Below, piece after piece: positions 13,061-26,397 of a stretch of DNA of 64,000 nucleotides. The position numbers and the translations under genes are program-made. The stretch comes from Lama glama. Taxonomy: Eukaryota. The stretch lies in the NCBI GenBank assembly GCA_028534125.1, contig CM052817.1:55120001-55184000 (forward strand), written 5' to 3'. The notes beneath the pieces are model-generated. The model saw only the letters and a list, made by a program, of their open reading frames with translations. It was not told the origin of the DNA and did no database searches. Numbering within the stretch: position 1 is the first letter of the stretch; each line of letters starts with the position of its first letter.

Positions 13061-14742
13061 CATCTGTATGCATTCTTCTTCCTAAATTCTTTTAGATGGT
13101 GATGAAATTAGGCAGATCCCAAAACATTCATCTGACCTCAGCATTTCTGCCTGTATGTCTATAGGAAAAATAGAAGTGGTACTTTGTTCTTTGTAAGGAG
13201 TGTGAGAATAGGGCCCATGGCGGATGAAAGACTGAGCTTTTCTTCCAGAACACAGGCAAATCATGAGGCCCTCAAGATGCTGAAGTCTCAGCATGTAGAA
13301 GCCAGTCAGTTTCACCAGAAAAATACAGGATTTCACTGTGAAAAAGTTAACAGCAGTAACAGTCATGAGAAAGCTCACACATATGCACAATGATTTTCTG
13401 AAACAAATGAAATCCCAAGGTTTTCAAATTTTAAAAAGTAGTAGGTCAACTGAAAAACAGGATTTTTACTATTAGTAATAGAAAATTACTGAGGAAAATA
13501 AAATCATATGTATATATGTATATTAAAAATGGTATCTTTTCTTTCTGTCTATAATATGTATGCAAATGGAATTCATGTGGGAAAATAACAGGCACAGAGA
13601 GCAAGTAAAGGAAATCTCAAATGCAAATAAAGAAAACTATATAACAGAAAAATACTGCAGAGATGGTAATTGAACATTAGAGAATTTCCCTAAATTGAAG
13701 AAAATCTTGGCTTAAAATTTTTTCTAGAAAATTAATTTTAAAGACTTCTTTTAAGGCACAACAGTAATATTTCTATATTTCCTGGATAAATGGATGTTTA
13801 ACCAAACTTCAGACCAAATAAAACTTACTTACAGATATATCATTTGATATACTAGAAGCTAAAGACATTGGGAGAACATCTACAGACAGGGAATATGACA
13901 GCAACCCCACATCCTTCATCCAGCCAATGTATCTCTTTACTATCAACATCAAAGTGCTACATAGTTAGACATGCAAGAACTCAGAAAATATTCACCACTA
14001 TGTACTGTAATCAAATGTCAGTTGCATTGGTGCAGATACATAAAGATATAAAAGATATGTATAAAGATATAAAAGATACATTGCAAACAGTGACTAGTAA
14101 GAAGTCTTACACTATCTATGCTTAAATTCAGATGGTAATATTGAAACATAGGTAAAAATAAGTAATTAACTAATGATTATTAAAACAGAAGATGAAATAT
14201 GCAAGACAAAATACATAATAACCCAGAACAAAGACATTTTACATTTTGGCGGTATAATCAGGATAAATTAAGCAAGTAAAATAATTTTAATTTAAGATTT
14301 CATGTTGGGGAGTAGAGCAGCAAAGTAAAAGTATTCAAAATGTTTCATTCTGATGGAAAAGCAGTTGGTGAATAAATCATCTGGATGAGAGGGTAATCTG
14401 AAAGACTAAAGAAATACGGCTCTATTTACTATTGATAAGAAAGGGAAAGATCAGAGCTGAATTTAATAAATAGGAAAAGTAAGAGATGAATGAGCAGAAA
14501 TGTAGCCTGGTAATAGGTATTATCAAGAGGAACAAAATCAAATGTCAGTTTTTCCACTAAATGCGGACTGGTTGACTCCTTTATCAAAATGTAGATGTTG
14601 TCAGGCTGGGTGTCTAGGCTAAGGTGCCCTTTTGCCCAGGGCAAATATTAGAAGAACTGCAGTGATGCAGGGCCTGAGAGGAATGCGAATGGGCCCTTCT
14701 CAGAGAAGTTACAAACTTTCAGTAAAACTGGAGTCACCAGAC

Positions 14743-14858
14743 TGTTCTCTACATTATTTGAAGCCTAAATGCTTAATAGAAACTGGCTGTTGGAACCTGA
14801 TTATCTTATAATAACATCAGCTTCAATTTAATCTTCAATGCCCTATTTGAAATGTAAA
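14743..14858. repeat. Left arm of a ~115 bp inverted duplication (partner at 15719-15851)
   Basis: Reverse complement of 15719-15851 aligns over the full length with few mismatches. Confidence 0.92.
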
Positions 14859-15090
14859 GAAGAACCTAATTCCCCTGGAAATCTGTAGGATTAACTAAAT
14901 TATCAGCATGTGTTTTAACCATTTGAGGGATGAGAATATTTAACTGTATGCCATCTTTGGCTACAGAACTTCTTCTGCTGGTTCTCAAAAAGGTGGGAGA
15001 TAGGTTGAACAAGTTGTGAGCTGTGTTCCCTGTGGAAGAAAAAGAAATTGAGTCCCAACTCTAGAATAAAATCAACCTATAAGATTGGTA

Positions 15091-15314
15091 CGATTTTCCC
15101 TTATTATCCATGGGCCATTTGTTCCAGAACACAGCCCCTCCCTGGGGGACTCAGCCAACGTCTGCGGATGCTCAGTCAAGTTCCTTACATAAAACGGCAT
15201 AGTACCCTGGCCCTTTGTCTTCTGGAGTTCTGCATCCGTGGATTCAACCAACGGGATGGAGATTTGATCTGACGTGGTCTGCATCGTTAGATGCAGGGCG
15301 TGGAGGGTCCTCTG
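15091..15314. mobile_element. MER2/Tigger2-derived MITE (TcMar-Tigger)
   Basis: Follows TA (15089-15090); 'tatccatgggccatttgttccagaac...cggatgctcagtcaagttccttacataaaacggcatagta...tgcatccgtggattcaaccaac...ggagggtcctctg' resembles recalled MER2/Tigger2a ends. Confidence 0.75.
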
Positions 15315-15718
15315 TGTCTTGGGAAAAGGCAATAAGGTAGATGTCATTCATGAGAAACAAACCTAAAAATTAAAGCTAAAGCTTTCATTTGCCAAGCAAA
15401 TGAAAATGAAGGGAAAAAATCATACATAGCAATATAAATATCAGACAAATTGCAGCTACTGGCCAAAAGCATTCTGTAGGAGAAAGAGGAGTACGTACTT
15501 AAAAAATTTTACATCCACGAAGATACTAAACACTTATAAACCAATGACAAAAAGCCAAATAAATTTTTAAAAAATTGAAATGCAGGACAACTTCATAATC
15601 GCACAAGTTTAGTGGATAATTTTAAGAATGTAAGAAGCCAAATATACAGAAAAACGAATATACAACAGTAACAGAGGATTTCAATAATGCATTATCAAAA
15701 AGCTTAAATGTTTATGTG

Positions 15719-15851
15719 TTTACGCTTCAAAAGGGCATTGAAGACTAAATTCAAGCTGATGTATTATAAGATAATTAAGCTATTATAAGATAATTAAGCT
15801 CCAATAGCCAGTTTCTATTAAGCATTTAGGTTTCAAATAATTTAGAGAACA
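15719..15851. repeat. Right arm of the inverted duplication, with an extra 19-bp tandem duplication (tattataagataattaagc x2, 15762-15799)
   Basis: Read directly from the sequence. Confidence 0.92.
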
Positions 15852-16499
15852 TATATGTAATTTTCATCTCTACAGAGAATGCACACTTTCTTTTATCCAT
15901 ACTTCCCTTAAAAAAACCTATCATATACTTTATTACAAAGATACTCTTATTTAGTTCCAAAGGGTAGATATTTTATGTCAAATTAAAAATCAAGAGTAGA
16001 AACATGATCAAAGGAGACTTACACTTTTAAAAACTAAGAAACATTCTCCAAAATAACCAGAGGATACTAGAGATTGCAAAAGAAAATAAGTGCAAATAAA
16101 CCAGAAAATAATGAAAAGCAAAGCCAATCAGCAGACCTATGGGAATCTAGCAAGAATGTATTTAAAGAAATAATTGTTAATGTAAACGTATTTAGTATAA
16201 AAATCCAATTAAGTAAGTTAAATATTTAATAAATTGACATACTACAAAGTAAACCAATGAACTGGGAAATTAAATTATTCCTAATAAAATATGGGAAGAA
16301 AGGAAATAATAGAACTGAACAATAAAATCAAATTATTTTTTGAACAAGAACAATAAATTACTGGTAGCTTAATTTATGTTAAAAAGAGACAAAATTTACA
16401 GCACGTTTTGTTGTTGTTTATGACTCTCTTAATTCCCTATTCAAGGTCATCCTACCCATTTTTTTTGCTTATAAACTTAAATAATTTTTTACTGTCCTG

Positions 16500-17070
16500 C
16501 AAGTGAGCAAGGTCTTCAGGAGAGCCCAGGTAGTGAATTTTGATAGATCTAAACAAACTGATAAATGCAATCATCTTACAAATACTTTGATTTTGTTATG
16601 GATATATAGTGAAATTCTCAAAAATTAACAAAGAGAGAAGGCAATTTGGTTGCTTTTGAAATAAGAAAGTTTCTAAAATGAGAAAATGGATGCTAAATAG
16701 GGATATTTTATTTATTATAGTCTGTGTGAAATGCCTGAAAAGTTTCCATCTATTTTGAGGGCCATGAGGGGAGTCAGTCTAAGATTATTAAATTATGGTG
16801 CATCCAGCAGCATCAACATCTCCTGGAAACATGTTAGAAATACAAAATCTTGACTCACTCCAGCCCAGAGCTACCGAAGCAGGAAGCCTGTGCTGCAGGA
16901 AGCCCTGCAGGTGATTCTGATGCCTGTTACAGCTTGAGAAGCACTGTGTTGAGAGGAAAAGCATCATCCTAAGGATGGTGGAGGGGAAATATTGAAGGAA
17001 GCTGGATCTCAATAATGTTGTTGACCTGCTGAATTAATGAGACCTGGGCCAGTCCTATCAACAGAATTCT
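16500..17070 (+). mobile_element. Old MaLR LTR fragment (MLT1K/L-like) interrupted by MER5A
   Basis: 'ccatctattttgagggccatgaggggagtcagtctaagat...aaggatggtggaggggaaatattgaaggaagctggatctcaataatgttgttgacctgctgaattaa'. Confidence 0.45.
16790..16946. mobile_element. MER5A (hAT-Charlie)
   Basis: 'ccagcagcatcaacatctcctggaaacatgttagaaatacaaaatct...aagccctgcaggtgattctgatgcctgttacagcttgagaagcactg'. Confidence 0.8.
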
Positions 17071-19997
17071 CTCTCCTTTCCTTTCCTTTTTCTTTTCCTT
17101 TTCCCATCTCCGCTTTTCTTTCCTTCTCTTATTTTTTAAAGCAATTCAATGAGATTTAATGCATTGTATTATAGTAGAATGATTAAATCCATGGTTTGGT
17201 AAAACCAAGTATACCTTTATAAAGAGCATTACTATTGTCAATCAAAAGAGCAAACTACTGAGAAAACTGCTTGGTTCCAAGAGATCCAAACAAGAAAATC
17301 CTTGACTAATAGTAAAACTCTGAGGACATAGAGGTCTATGCACAACTACTAGGCTTTGATACCTTTTTAATTTTTCTACTTATCTTTTCCTTTTTTTATC
17401 TTCTATTAAAATTTTTTTATCACACTACATCCATAAGATTTTTCACAGCTAGGTACATAGTTACTAATAAGCTATGATAAAGCTTGAATTAATATATCAC
17501 TTGTTTATAAACGTTATTTGATTATCCAGATTTTTTTTTACTTGCCTAAAGCATCTTAACTTTAACTCATAAATAGAGAAAAATAAATAAACCTAGCAAT
17601 GAAAAAAAGGATAATTGTAAGAGAATATGACATGCAATACAATCACAATACTTTAGAAAATCTTGGAAAAATTGATTCCAGCAAGATATAAACTAGCAGA
17701 TTTACATAAGAGGAGTTAAAAAAATCAAACAGGCAAATACTAATGAAGAGATCAGAAAGATAATTAAAACTCCACCTTTAAAAGAAAGGATATGGAACTC
17801 TAATGCTATAACAGCTGACTTCTATTTGCCAAGTACAGAAAAGATAATTTCCTTATTTTTTAGATTGGGACTTAGTATAAACTTAGTATTCTAAGAAATA
17901 AAGATCATCCAAATTTATAGTCACTTGTAAATACAAATAGAGCATGCAAAATAATATATTGAATCCAGCAATTTATTCAAACAACATAATATGATCAGTC
18001 AGCTTTTAATCCAGAAAATTTATGGCAAGGAAAAAAAATAAAGAAGAACAACAAATAATTTAACAGTATATTCTGGAAAGCTAAATGATAAAACGTATCA
18101 GTCATTTATAGTAAAATTCTAAGCAAAATAGAAATAGAAGGAAACTAGGTAAATTGAATCAATTTTCAAAGCACATTAGAAAACATCAGATAACATGATG
18201 AACTACTGAAGTCTTTTCTCTAATTCAGAAATGGAAGAAGAAGGCTTTTTCTCACTTACTGTTATACATGATCAGGGAAAATTTAAACATATTTTGGAAA
18301 GTGCCAAGAGTGTATTTTTTTTGAAAATGATAGGATTATAACTTGAGTTTCTAGTCAAACACTTAAGTGAGAATTTTTAAGATAGTTGGGTAAAGAGATA
18401 AACACAAAAACTAGTTTTTCTCTAATTCAAAAACTATATACAGGTAGAAATAAGCACACATACATAAATATATATTCAAAATAGTGGTCAAAGACGTAAG
18501 AGCCCGAGGAATAAATGTAATAAGAAGTATACAGGATTTATATGAGGGAAATGTCAATTTTCAAGGATGTGGAAACTATAAGAAGAAATGAAGATTTACA
18601 CTATATTCTTAATGAGAAGATCTGATTTAGAGAAAGAAACAATCCTCCAAAAATAATGTATAAGTATAATGAAATTCCATTGACAATCCCTGAGTATAGT
18701 TTTTTAGATTCTAATATTAATAAGGAAGTCTACAGTTCCATTAAACAAGAAAATATAAGGGGGAAAAAAGAATTACGGAGGACAGAGTTTACAAGATACT
18801 GAATTTTTCTATAGAAACCACTGTAATTATAACATGATATTATCGTTGGAATAGTGAATTAGATCAGTGTAACAGAATACATAGTTCATAAAGTTTAATA
18901 TAGAAATGTTTGCATTTCAATTCAGTGGGGAAAGGAGGTTTATTTATTTAATGATCTCATCTTAATTGATTGTCCATCTGAACACAGAAGCACATTTTCT
19001 AATTTTTCATTTCACTGCTATAAATAGGTAATTCCCAACATATCAGAGAATTAAAAGCAAAAAATTAAATGACACTAGAAAATTAGAGAAAATATTAGGA
19101 AAATGCTTGAAAAAAACATGAAATGTAGATTCTCCCCCATGCCAGAAAGAGAACCCATTTGATGAAAAAGGTAAGAATGCATATTTAATGATATGAAAAA
19201 ATTTAAATATGGCAAAATATACAGAGTCAAAATGGAAATGACAGATTTTTCAAAATATTTGCAACCTTTGTGAAATAAAATTACTAATAATTCTGAATTT
19301 TGTAAGAAATAAATAAGAGAAATATAGTCTGGAGAAAAATCTGATAAGAGCATAAATAGAAAATTCACCATGAAAGTTAAGAAAAGATGCTTATCTTTAG
19401 TATCAGTACAGAAAATGAAAATTTAAATAACATATAAGATTGACAAAGAGAATGCCTTCCACTGCTAATGAGAATGTTGGCATTCTTATATGTTGCTGAG
19501 CTGTTCTTAATTGCCATGCCATATTTGGGAAAATATTATATATACCAAATTTTTAAATATGCATAATTTTTAACTTTGTTACATGAAAATCTGAAATCTT
19601 AGACTATAGAAATGAATTCAGTTTTATATAAAACAATTATACGTATATTTTATACACAAATATATTTCGCAGTACTATTTTTTATGGGTGATAACTGAAA
19701 ATATTTGTTTTCTTGAACAATAAATAATTATCTTGATATTATAATGCTATATTATATAGGATTATTTCATCTTTATTACATAATATCTAATAGTCAACCT
19801 AATGGTCCTACAAAGTATTATCATTTCAGAGCTTTCCAGTTCAGTAATATCACAAATTTGATTATTATGTCAATTATTAGATCTCTTGTGACTAATAAAA
19901 TTAGAGTATAATATCTTTCTTTTCATTGTTTCCATATCATTTGAAGTTCATCCCATAATGTTGGTATACAAGTTGTTTCTTGACTGAATTAGTGATT

Positions 19998-20246
19998 TTT
20001 TTTCCTTTTTTTAATTGAAATATAGTCAGTTTACATTGTGTCAATTTCTGGTGTACAGCATAATGTTTCAGTCAGACATATATGTACATTCATTTGTTTT
20101 CATATTCTTTTTTATTGTAGGTTACTGCAAGATATTAAATATAGTTCCTTGTGCTATACAGTATAAGCTTGTTTTTTTTATCTATTTTATTTATAGTAGT
20201 TTGTATCTGCAAATCTTGAACTTCCAGTGTATCCCTTCCTACCACC
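19998..20246 (-). mobile_element. 5'-truncated young L1 3' end (~250 bp)
   Basis: T-tract then 'aattgaaatatagtcagtttacattgtgtcaatttctggtgtacagca'; TSD tagtgatt at 19990-19997 and 20247-20254. Confidence 0.92.
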
Positions 20247-21010
20247 TAGTGATTATGTTTAATATGACTATATTTCAACAACTAATTTACACTGAGAATA
20301 TATTTCAGTACACTTTCAGAAAATAAATTAAGATTAATAAAATTATATATTGGTGGCAACATAAATATTTTCTGAGATTCAAATTTTAGCTATATATTTT
20401 TGGAAGGAAATTAGTATGAATTTACCATGTCAATTATTTTAGCTGTTGACTACAAATCGTTAGTCCAGATTACCACAGAATGATTTTGGAAAGTCAAATA
20501 CATATATTTTATATATTGATACTGTTATACCATTCTGTAAAAAAAAAAATCTCACTCTGAGTGTAACTGACTTATGTAATCATAGCTGTATCTCATTTGA
20601 TTAGGTTAATAGAGTGTCTGAAATTGTGTATATCAGAAAGCTATTGAGATAATCCCAATGTGCTTAAACTTCTGCTAATGTATCCTTTTCATCTCAGCAT
20701 TTTCCAATTAAGCTATGCTCCCACAAATCTCTTGAAAATAACACAGACAGATAACAAGCAAAAAAAATGCAAATGAAGCTGTTTTATGGTATCAACCTTT
20801 TAAAGCAGCAAAGGACATTAGAACATACATCTTTTGAACATAATACTACTTTATAAAATAATACACTCAGCTATAGTACCAAGCAAGTCCTTTCTAAACA
20901 TAATAGACACCCATTAAAATTCTACTAAGTTTAATTTAAAAACATATGTATGAAGACAGATAATTAACAGGAGAGCTCAGAATCTCGATTATATTTTTCT
21001 GTTCCAAAGC

Positions 21011-21156
21011 CCAGTTTGTGTTCCTCAAATATAAATAATTACCTTGTGCATTTGTTAAAATACATGTTCCCAAACTCGTTTACTGGAGACTTCAAATGAT
21101 TCTGCAGGTTCGCGTACCTGGCTATTAATGTGATCAGGTAAATTTGGGAAGAGCTG
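21011..21156. mobile_element. MER5B-like hAT remnant
   Basis: 'ataattaccttgtgcatttgttaaaatacatgttcc...tgatcaggtaaatttgggaagagctg'. Confidence 0.45.
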
Positions 21157-21217
21157 TACAACAGGGTTATTGTTAATATACTAGGATATTGCCAAACCTT
21201 AAATTTAACCTATTAGG

Positions 21218-21958
21218 TGTAGCTTGGTTCAGCCATTATGCAAAATAGAATGGAGATTTCCTCAAAAAACTAAAAACAGACTTATCATATGGTCCGGCAA
21301 TCCCACTCCTGGGCACATATCTGGAGGAAACTCTAATTCAAAAAGATACATGCACTCCAGTGTTCTGGAAGCACTGTTTACAATAGCCAAGACATGAAAG
21401 CAACCTACATGTCCATCCACAGATGATTGGATAAAGAAGATGTGATACAAAAATTACAGTGGAATATTATTCAGTCTTGAAAAAAGAATGAACTAATGCC
21501 ACTTGCAGCAACATGGATGGATCTGGAGATTGTCATTCTAAGTGAAGTAAGCCAGAAAAAGAGAAAAAGTACCATATGATAGTACTTATATATGGAACCT
21601 AAAAAAGAAAAAGAGGCAAAAGAACTTATTTACAAAACAGAAACAGACTCACAGACACAGAAAACAAACTTGTGGTTACCAGAGCAGAAAGGTGGAGGTG
21701 GAGAGATAAATTGGGAGTTAAGGATTTGCAGATACAAACTACTATATATTAAATACTATATATAAAATGGATAAACAGCAAGATCCTACTGTATGGTACA
21801 GAGAACTATATTCAATACCTTGGAATAGCCTATAATGAAAAAGAATATGAAAATGACTATATACATGTATATGTATAACTGAATCACTATGCTGTACACC
21901 AGAAATTAACACACTGCAAACTGACTAAACTTCAATTTTAAAAAATAATAAAAAAAAA
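21218..21958 (+). mobile_element. 5'-truncated young L1 (ORF2 C-terminus, 3'UTR, A-tail)
   Basis: Homologous to ~4447-5123; ends 'ctgactaaacttcaattttaaaaaataataaaaaaaaa'; no TSD seen. Confidence 0.93.
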
Positions 21959-24120
21959 GATCAGTCGTATCTACTGCAGTGTTTTCTCCTCCACTCACTG
22001 TTTCTGTGTAAAGAATTCTCAATTCAGAGATACTTAACTTTTTTTTTCTTTTCTTCTTTTCCTTTCCTTTTCCTTTTTATTTCTTTCTTTTTTTAATAAG
22101 TTAAGGAACACTATGAACTGTATGCTTCCCCTTCTGACTCCACTCAGATTTAATATCTATATCTCCTGCTCTAATACTCAAAGCTCCAACTAAATAAAAA
22201 GCTCACTCCTGTCCGTTAGTAGGTTCAACAAACTAATTTTAACTAATAGGCATATATGATCATTGTATTTAATATATATGAAATGTTTACTGACCCACAG
22301 ACATAACAAAACTATGGGTTTGTTAAAATAATAAAGCCTATCAACAAATAATTAAGAAAATATCCAATAAATGTAAAATAAATTTTCCATCATTTATCTC
22401 TGTTTATTAACGACAACTTGTCTGACTTTCATTAGCATAATAAGAGAACATTGTGCTGTTACTGATATTTATTTTTTTTTTAGTATGATATTAATATAGG
22501 ATAAGGAAATTGTACAGCAAGAAGTGAATTCAGACTTTGCAACAATTTTTAAGGTGGTTGACTGAATAATTAGAACAGGCAACAACTAAAGACAACTGGA
22601 ATCACCACACTAGTGCATATGAACTTTGGATAAAGTATTCATAAGGAATTCTTATTGAGTGTTTATATTAGTCAGTGTTACAGGGGTGTTTTATGAACCC
22701 ACCACTGCTGGCTGAAGAAAACAGAGAATACAGTAGTTATATAGACGGTCTCAGTGAGAAATTGATATTAGCATTATAAACACCTGGGGTCAAGTTTACT
22801 TCAACTCATTATTTCTAAGAATTTCTGTTAAAGGTAATTAATCTCTCCAAAATAGTCTCCAAAATATCTGGAAGCCCACAGTTGTAGCTGAAACTACAAC
22901 TGTCTGCACAACTCAATCTCAATCTACAGCTGTCGACTCATCTTTTTTACAGTCTCAGGCTTACCTGTCCCAATCGACTGAACTTTTCACAATATCTTTT
23001 ATTGATGGAGTATGTTACAGTCATTAGCACTAATTATCACGAAGATCATTCTCAGTTATCAGAAATAATAACTTAGGCCACACAAAATGGGGATGACTAA
23101 TTCAGTAAGGCCAGGGAAAGTTTCAAAGAGAAGATACCCAAGTTTAGCTATGACAGTGGATAACCATTAGATATAGACTGGAAACAATGATTCTTGTGGG
23201 ATGGGAGCAAATAGTGCCAGAAACTTCCTCAGTATGTGTACTGCAAAGTTATTTATCCATCTCCACTTTTGATTGCAATAGTAGCCAGTTTATTGTATGT
23301 TATTCAAACAGGTGTTTGAGATAGCCTTTATAGAAATTTGTCTTTAAATCAGTATTCTTATGGCAGTTCACATCTACTATAAATATTGGGTTAAAATGGA
23401 ATATTTAACAATATAGCATGTACTTGAGCCTCTGAGCCAAAAACAAGAAAATCGAAAATTAATAACATATACTTACAACTGCATAGGATTAATATTGACG
23501 AATTTCAAACTGTTCTCTCCAAATAAAAAATATGTATACCCTTGAAATTTAAGTGGACTGATTTGTTTTATGATAATATAAGACTCTCCCTTGGGCTTTG
23601 CTAAATTAAAGGTGTAAGGGGAATACAAGCTCTTAAATGTGAAGAAAACACAGAGGTTGGACAGCAAGAAGAGAGGTTTGATTTCATGAAGTAGAACGTT
23701 AGTTGAGCTTTCAGGACTCCAACTCAATCATGCCTACTGTTAACTTCAGCTCAGAGGCTCCAAACTGCCATGGCTGATGGGACTGATATATCCTCAAGTA
23801 TAAAAAAGAATAGATTATTCAAAATTTTTTTATCTCTCTATCCCTGTATCTATAGCCTCTATTTATGAAAGTGTAAGGGCACTGTTTTATCATAGACAAT
23901 TTTTACTAAGTGTTTTGGGGGAGCTTCTTCTGATTTATTTCCAATGGTGGGCATCAGATGATCTCTTCTGGATTGGGCAGACTGTTCAGCCTAGGACATC
24001 TTCTCCACAGCCTAAGACAGCCTGTGGACAGTCTTTGGAAGCCTTTTGTATGTCTTCCTAGTTAATTTATATAAAAAGATTTATATCAGTTTTCTCAACT
24101 TACTTTCTGCAATGAAACCT

Positions 24121-24709
24121 ATGTTGGCTTCTTTTCTTTTCACTGTGTCAATGTAGCTAAGCTGGAGCCACATTTCACAGATTTTCTTCACTGCATAGTG
24201 TCACATTATGTTGGCCATAAGAGAAATTTGTGTGGGAGGAGAAGCGGCCCTACTTTCCGTGTTCTGAAGTTTGGTGCAGAGCCAGGTGCTATTGCTGCTT
24301 CCGCATATCTTCACTCATCTGTGGGTTCAACTGCTTGTTTGAGGACAGCAATCAGGCCTGCAGTCCGTTCTGCTCCCACTGGATTATCTGCTTCAGCTTT
24401 GAACGCTGGGCCAGTAGGTGTGCAGATCCACAGGGAAGAGCCACAGGCTATCCTGTAGGTGGTCTGTATCATGAGGTTTGGAGGTGGGAAGAGACAGATA
24501 AGACTTCCAGTTAGCCCTTCCTCTCCCCCCACTATGCATTCATCTTTCCTTTCCAATCTCTAGACCTGAATTCCTACCTAAAACTAGACACAGAGGCCAT
24601 AGCCAATGGACTATTGAACCAGCTCCCACAAGGTCTAATTCTTGTAATATTTATTTTCCTATATCACTAAGGGTGCTTTTCCTTCCCTTGTTAAATCTTA
24701 ACTAATATA
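24121..24709 (+). mobile_element. Old ERV-L solo LTR (LTR50/LTR52-like)
   Basis: 5' 'gtcaatgtagctaagctggagccacatttcacag' and 3' 'ccagctcccacaaggtctaattcttgtaata...ttaaatcttaactaatata' resemble recalled LTR50-group ends. Confidence 0.7.
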
Positions 24710-25710
24710 AGAACTTTTATATCATGCTCTTTGGCTGCCAGTCACAAAGATACTTGTTTTCTCTCATCCACATTAAAATATGGTATATTTCATGATCCAG
24801 CTTTACATTACAGCTAGATGCATAAATAAAATGAAAGACAAGACAGACACTGACAGCATCTCATTTTTTTTTTGTGCTGAAGGGTACTGCCTCAAAGCTG
24901 TGTGAAGAGGCTTATCTTCTCTTGGGGAACTATTCCAGATGCACACCAGGACCACACCTTTGCAAAGCTTAGGAAGAAATGCTCCACAGAACATGGCAGA
25001 ATATTGCTTTGTTGTTGTGGAAGGTAAATCTCATCAGATCATACTACTCTATACTCTATAAGGAAACCATTTTTACTTTCTCATGGGGACAAACTTAGTT
25101 ATTCAGGGTCTTAGAGGGTTTTGCACAGCAAGAGGGAAAGAAAATTGGCTTGACATTTTGTCATCATTTTTGTTGTTGATTGTCCCAGGCTGAGTCTTGA
25201 AACTGCTATTTCATAGATAACTCTTTCCCCACCCTTAGTACACTGATGAGGCCATCAAGTAGCTTAAGGATTTGGCATACACAGAGCAGCTGCTAGTCCA
25301 TGAATGCCACTGTAGGAATTAGGAAGACCATCCCTCCATGCTAGACAACACCTACATGGTGGCTTTGGACTTACATTTAAGGTGTAGTGATAATCTTTTT
25401 TTGAAGATCTTTAGTATCTTCCAAAACAAAGATGCTCTTTGTTGGGTTTCAAGGTACCCATCATTTGGAAAGATTTTTTAAATGTTGGTGTACCTTGCTT
25501 CTTTAGTCCTCCCTTACAGTTGTCACATGTTTCTATAGTTATTTGTTCAAAGTAGAGCTAATGTTTAATATTGACCTTCCCTAATATGTTTGCTTCTTAT
25601 GATTTTTTATTCTCATTTATAAAATATGGCTAAGGAGTCAGTGTTAACTGATACACAAGGTTTTGTATTTAAAACAAAGTCTACTGAAAGAAGTCCAACA
25701 AAATGATAAT

Positions 25711-25866
25711 CCCTTCCTCCCTCCTTTCTTTCCTACCTCCTCCTCCTCTTCCCCATTTCTTCCTTCCCTCCTCCCTCATACCCTTTCCCACCTGTCTCCT
25801 TCCTTCTCTCCCTCCCTTCTTCTCTTCCTTCCTTCTGTCTGCCTGTCACTGATTTCTTCCCTCTTC
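25711..25866. repeat. Low-complexity polypyrimidine (C/T-rich) tract, followed by an A-run
   Basis: About 155 bp almost entirely C/T; A-run at ~25874-25887. Confidence 0.85.
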
Positions 25867-26397
25867 ATAAGTTAAAAAAAAAAAAAAGCTTGGCCATGAT
25901 GGATTTTTTTAATGAAAACCTTATTTTTAATGTTAAGTGCAGCATCTCCTGTTTAAACTATCTATATTGGTAAATTTCCTCATTCTATCCAAATTCCTTA
26001 ACTATGCAGTTGGCTTCCTATTGAAAGAGAAGATTGTTTAAACCCTCAAGGTAAAGTACTGTAGGATATTACAAATCTGGAAGAGCATATTCGTTTATTA
26101 TTAGTATGATAATTAGTATTTTTCTTTTCAGTAAACTTATTGTATATTGGTTTCCCTACTTACACAATGGAGAAAGAATCTGAGGATACACTTAAAAAAA
26201 TACCTTGGAAGTTGGCACTATATGGTTTGTGAATGGAAAAGAAATGGTGCAATTATATTGTGGACTAGAGAAAACAACAGCTTATTTATAGCTTTCTACC
26301 ATTCTTCTGACTGAAATGTAAAAAGTTCTTATCACAGAGGTCTGTTAATTGAATTATGAGCTAAGTAAAGCACTCAACGATTTAAAATTAGCCATTT

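Larger units (their letters stand above)
13400..19750 (+). mobile_element. Very old, heavily diverged L1 (L1ME/L1M5-like) with ORF1 (~13400-14050), ORF2 (~15330-19500) and 3' remnants, interrupted by nested elements
   Basis: A-rich sense sequence with L1 landmarks in order: 'actagaagctaaagacattgggag', 'agcaatataaatatcagacaaa', 'ttagaaaatcttggaaaaattgattcc', 'aagagcccgaggaataaatgtaataagaagtatacaggatttatatgagg', 'gaaaagatgcttatctttagtatcag'. Confidence 0.65.

Noticed and set aside
22878..22903. Perfect 10-bp hairpin acagttgtag-ctgaaa-ctacaactgt; also short palindromes gtcctataggac (~11785) and tacatgtacatgta (~59806)
   Set aside because: Too short for a pre-miRNA, and a few such stems are expected by chance in 64 kb.
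24198..24556. Three overlapping 81-94 aa ORFs in a GC-richer patch
   Set aside because: They lie inside an LTR50-like solo LTR; no recognisable protein similarity or splice structure.
24882..25023. Possible exon (T-tract..gaag / aag|gtaaat) with one open frame
   Set aside because: Weak splice sites, peptide unrecognised, no partner exons.
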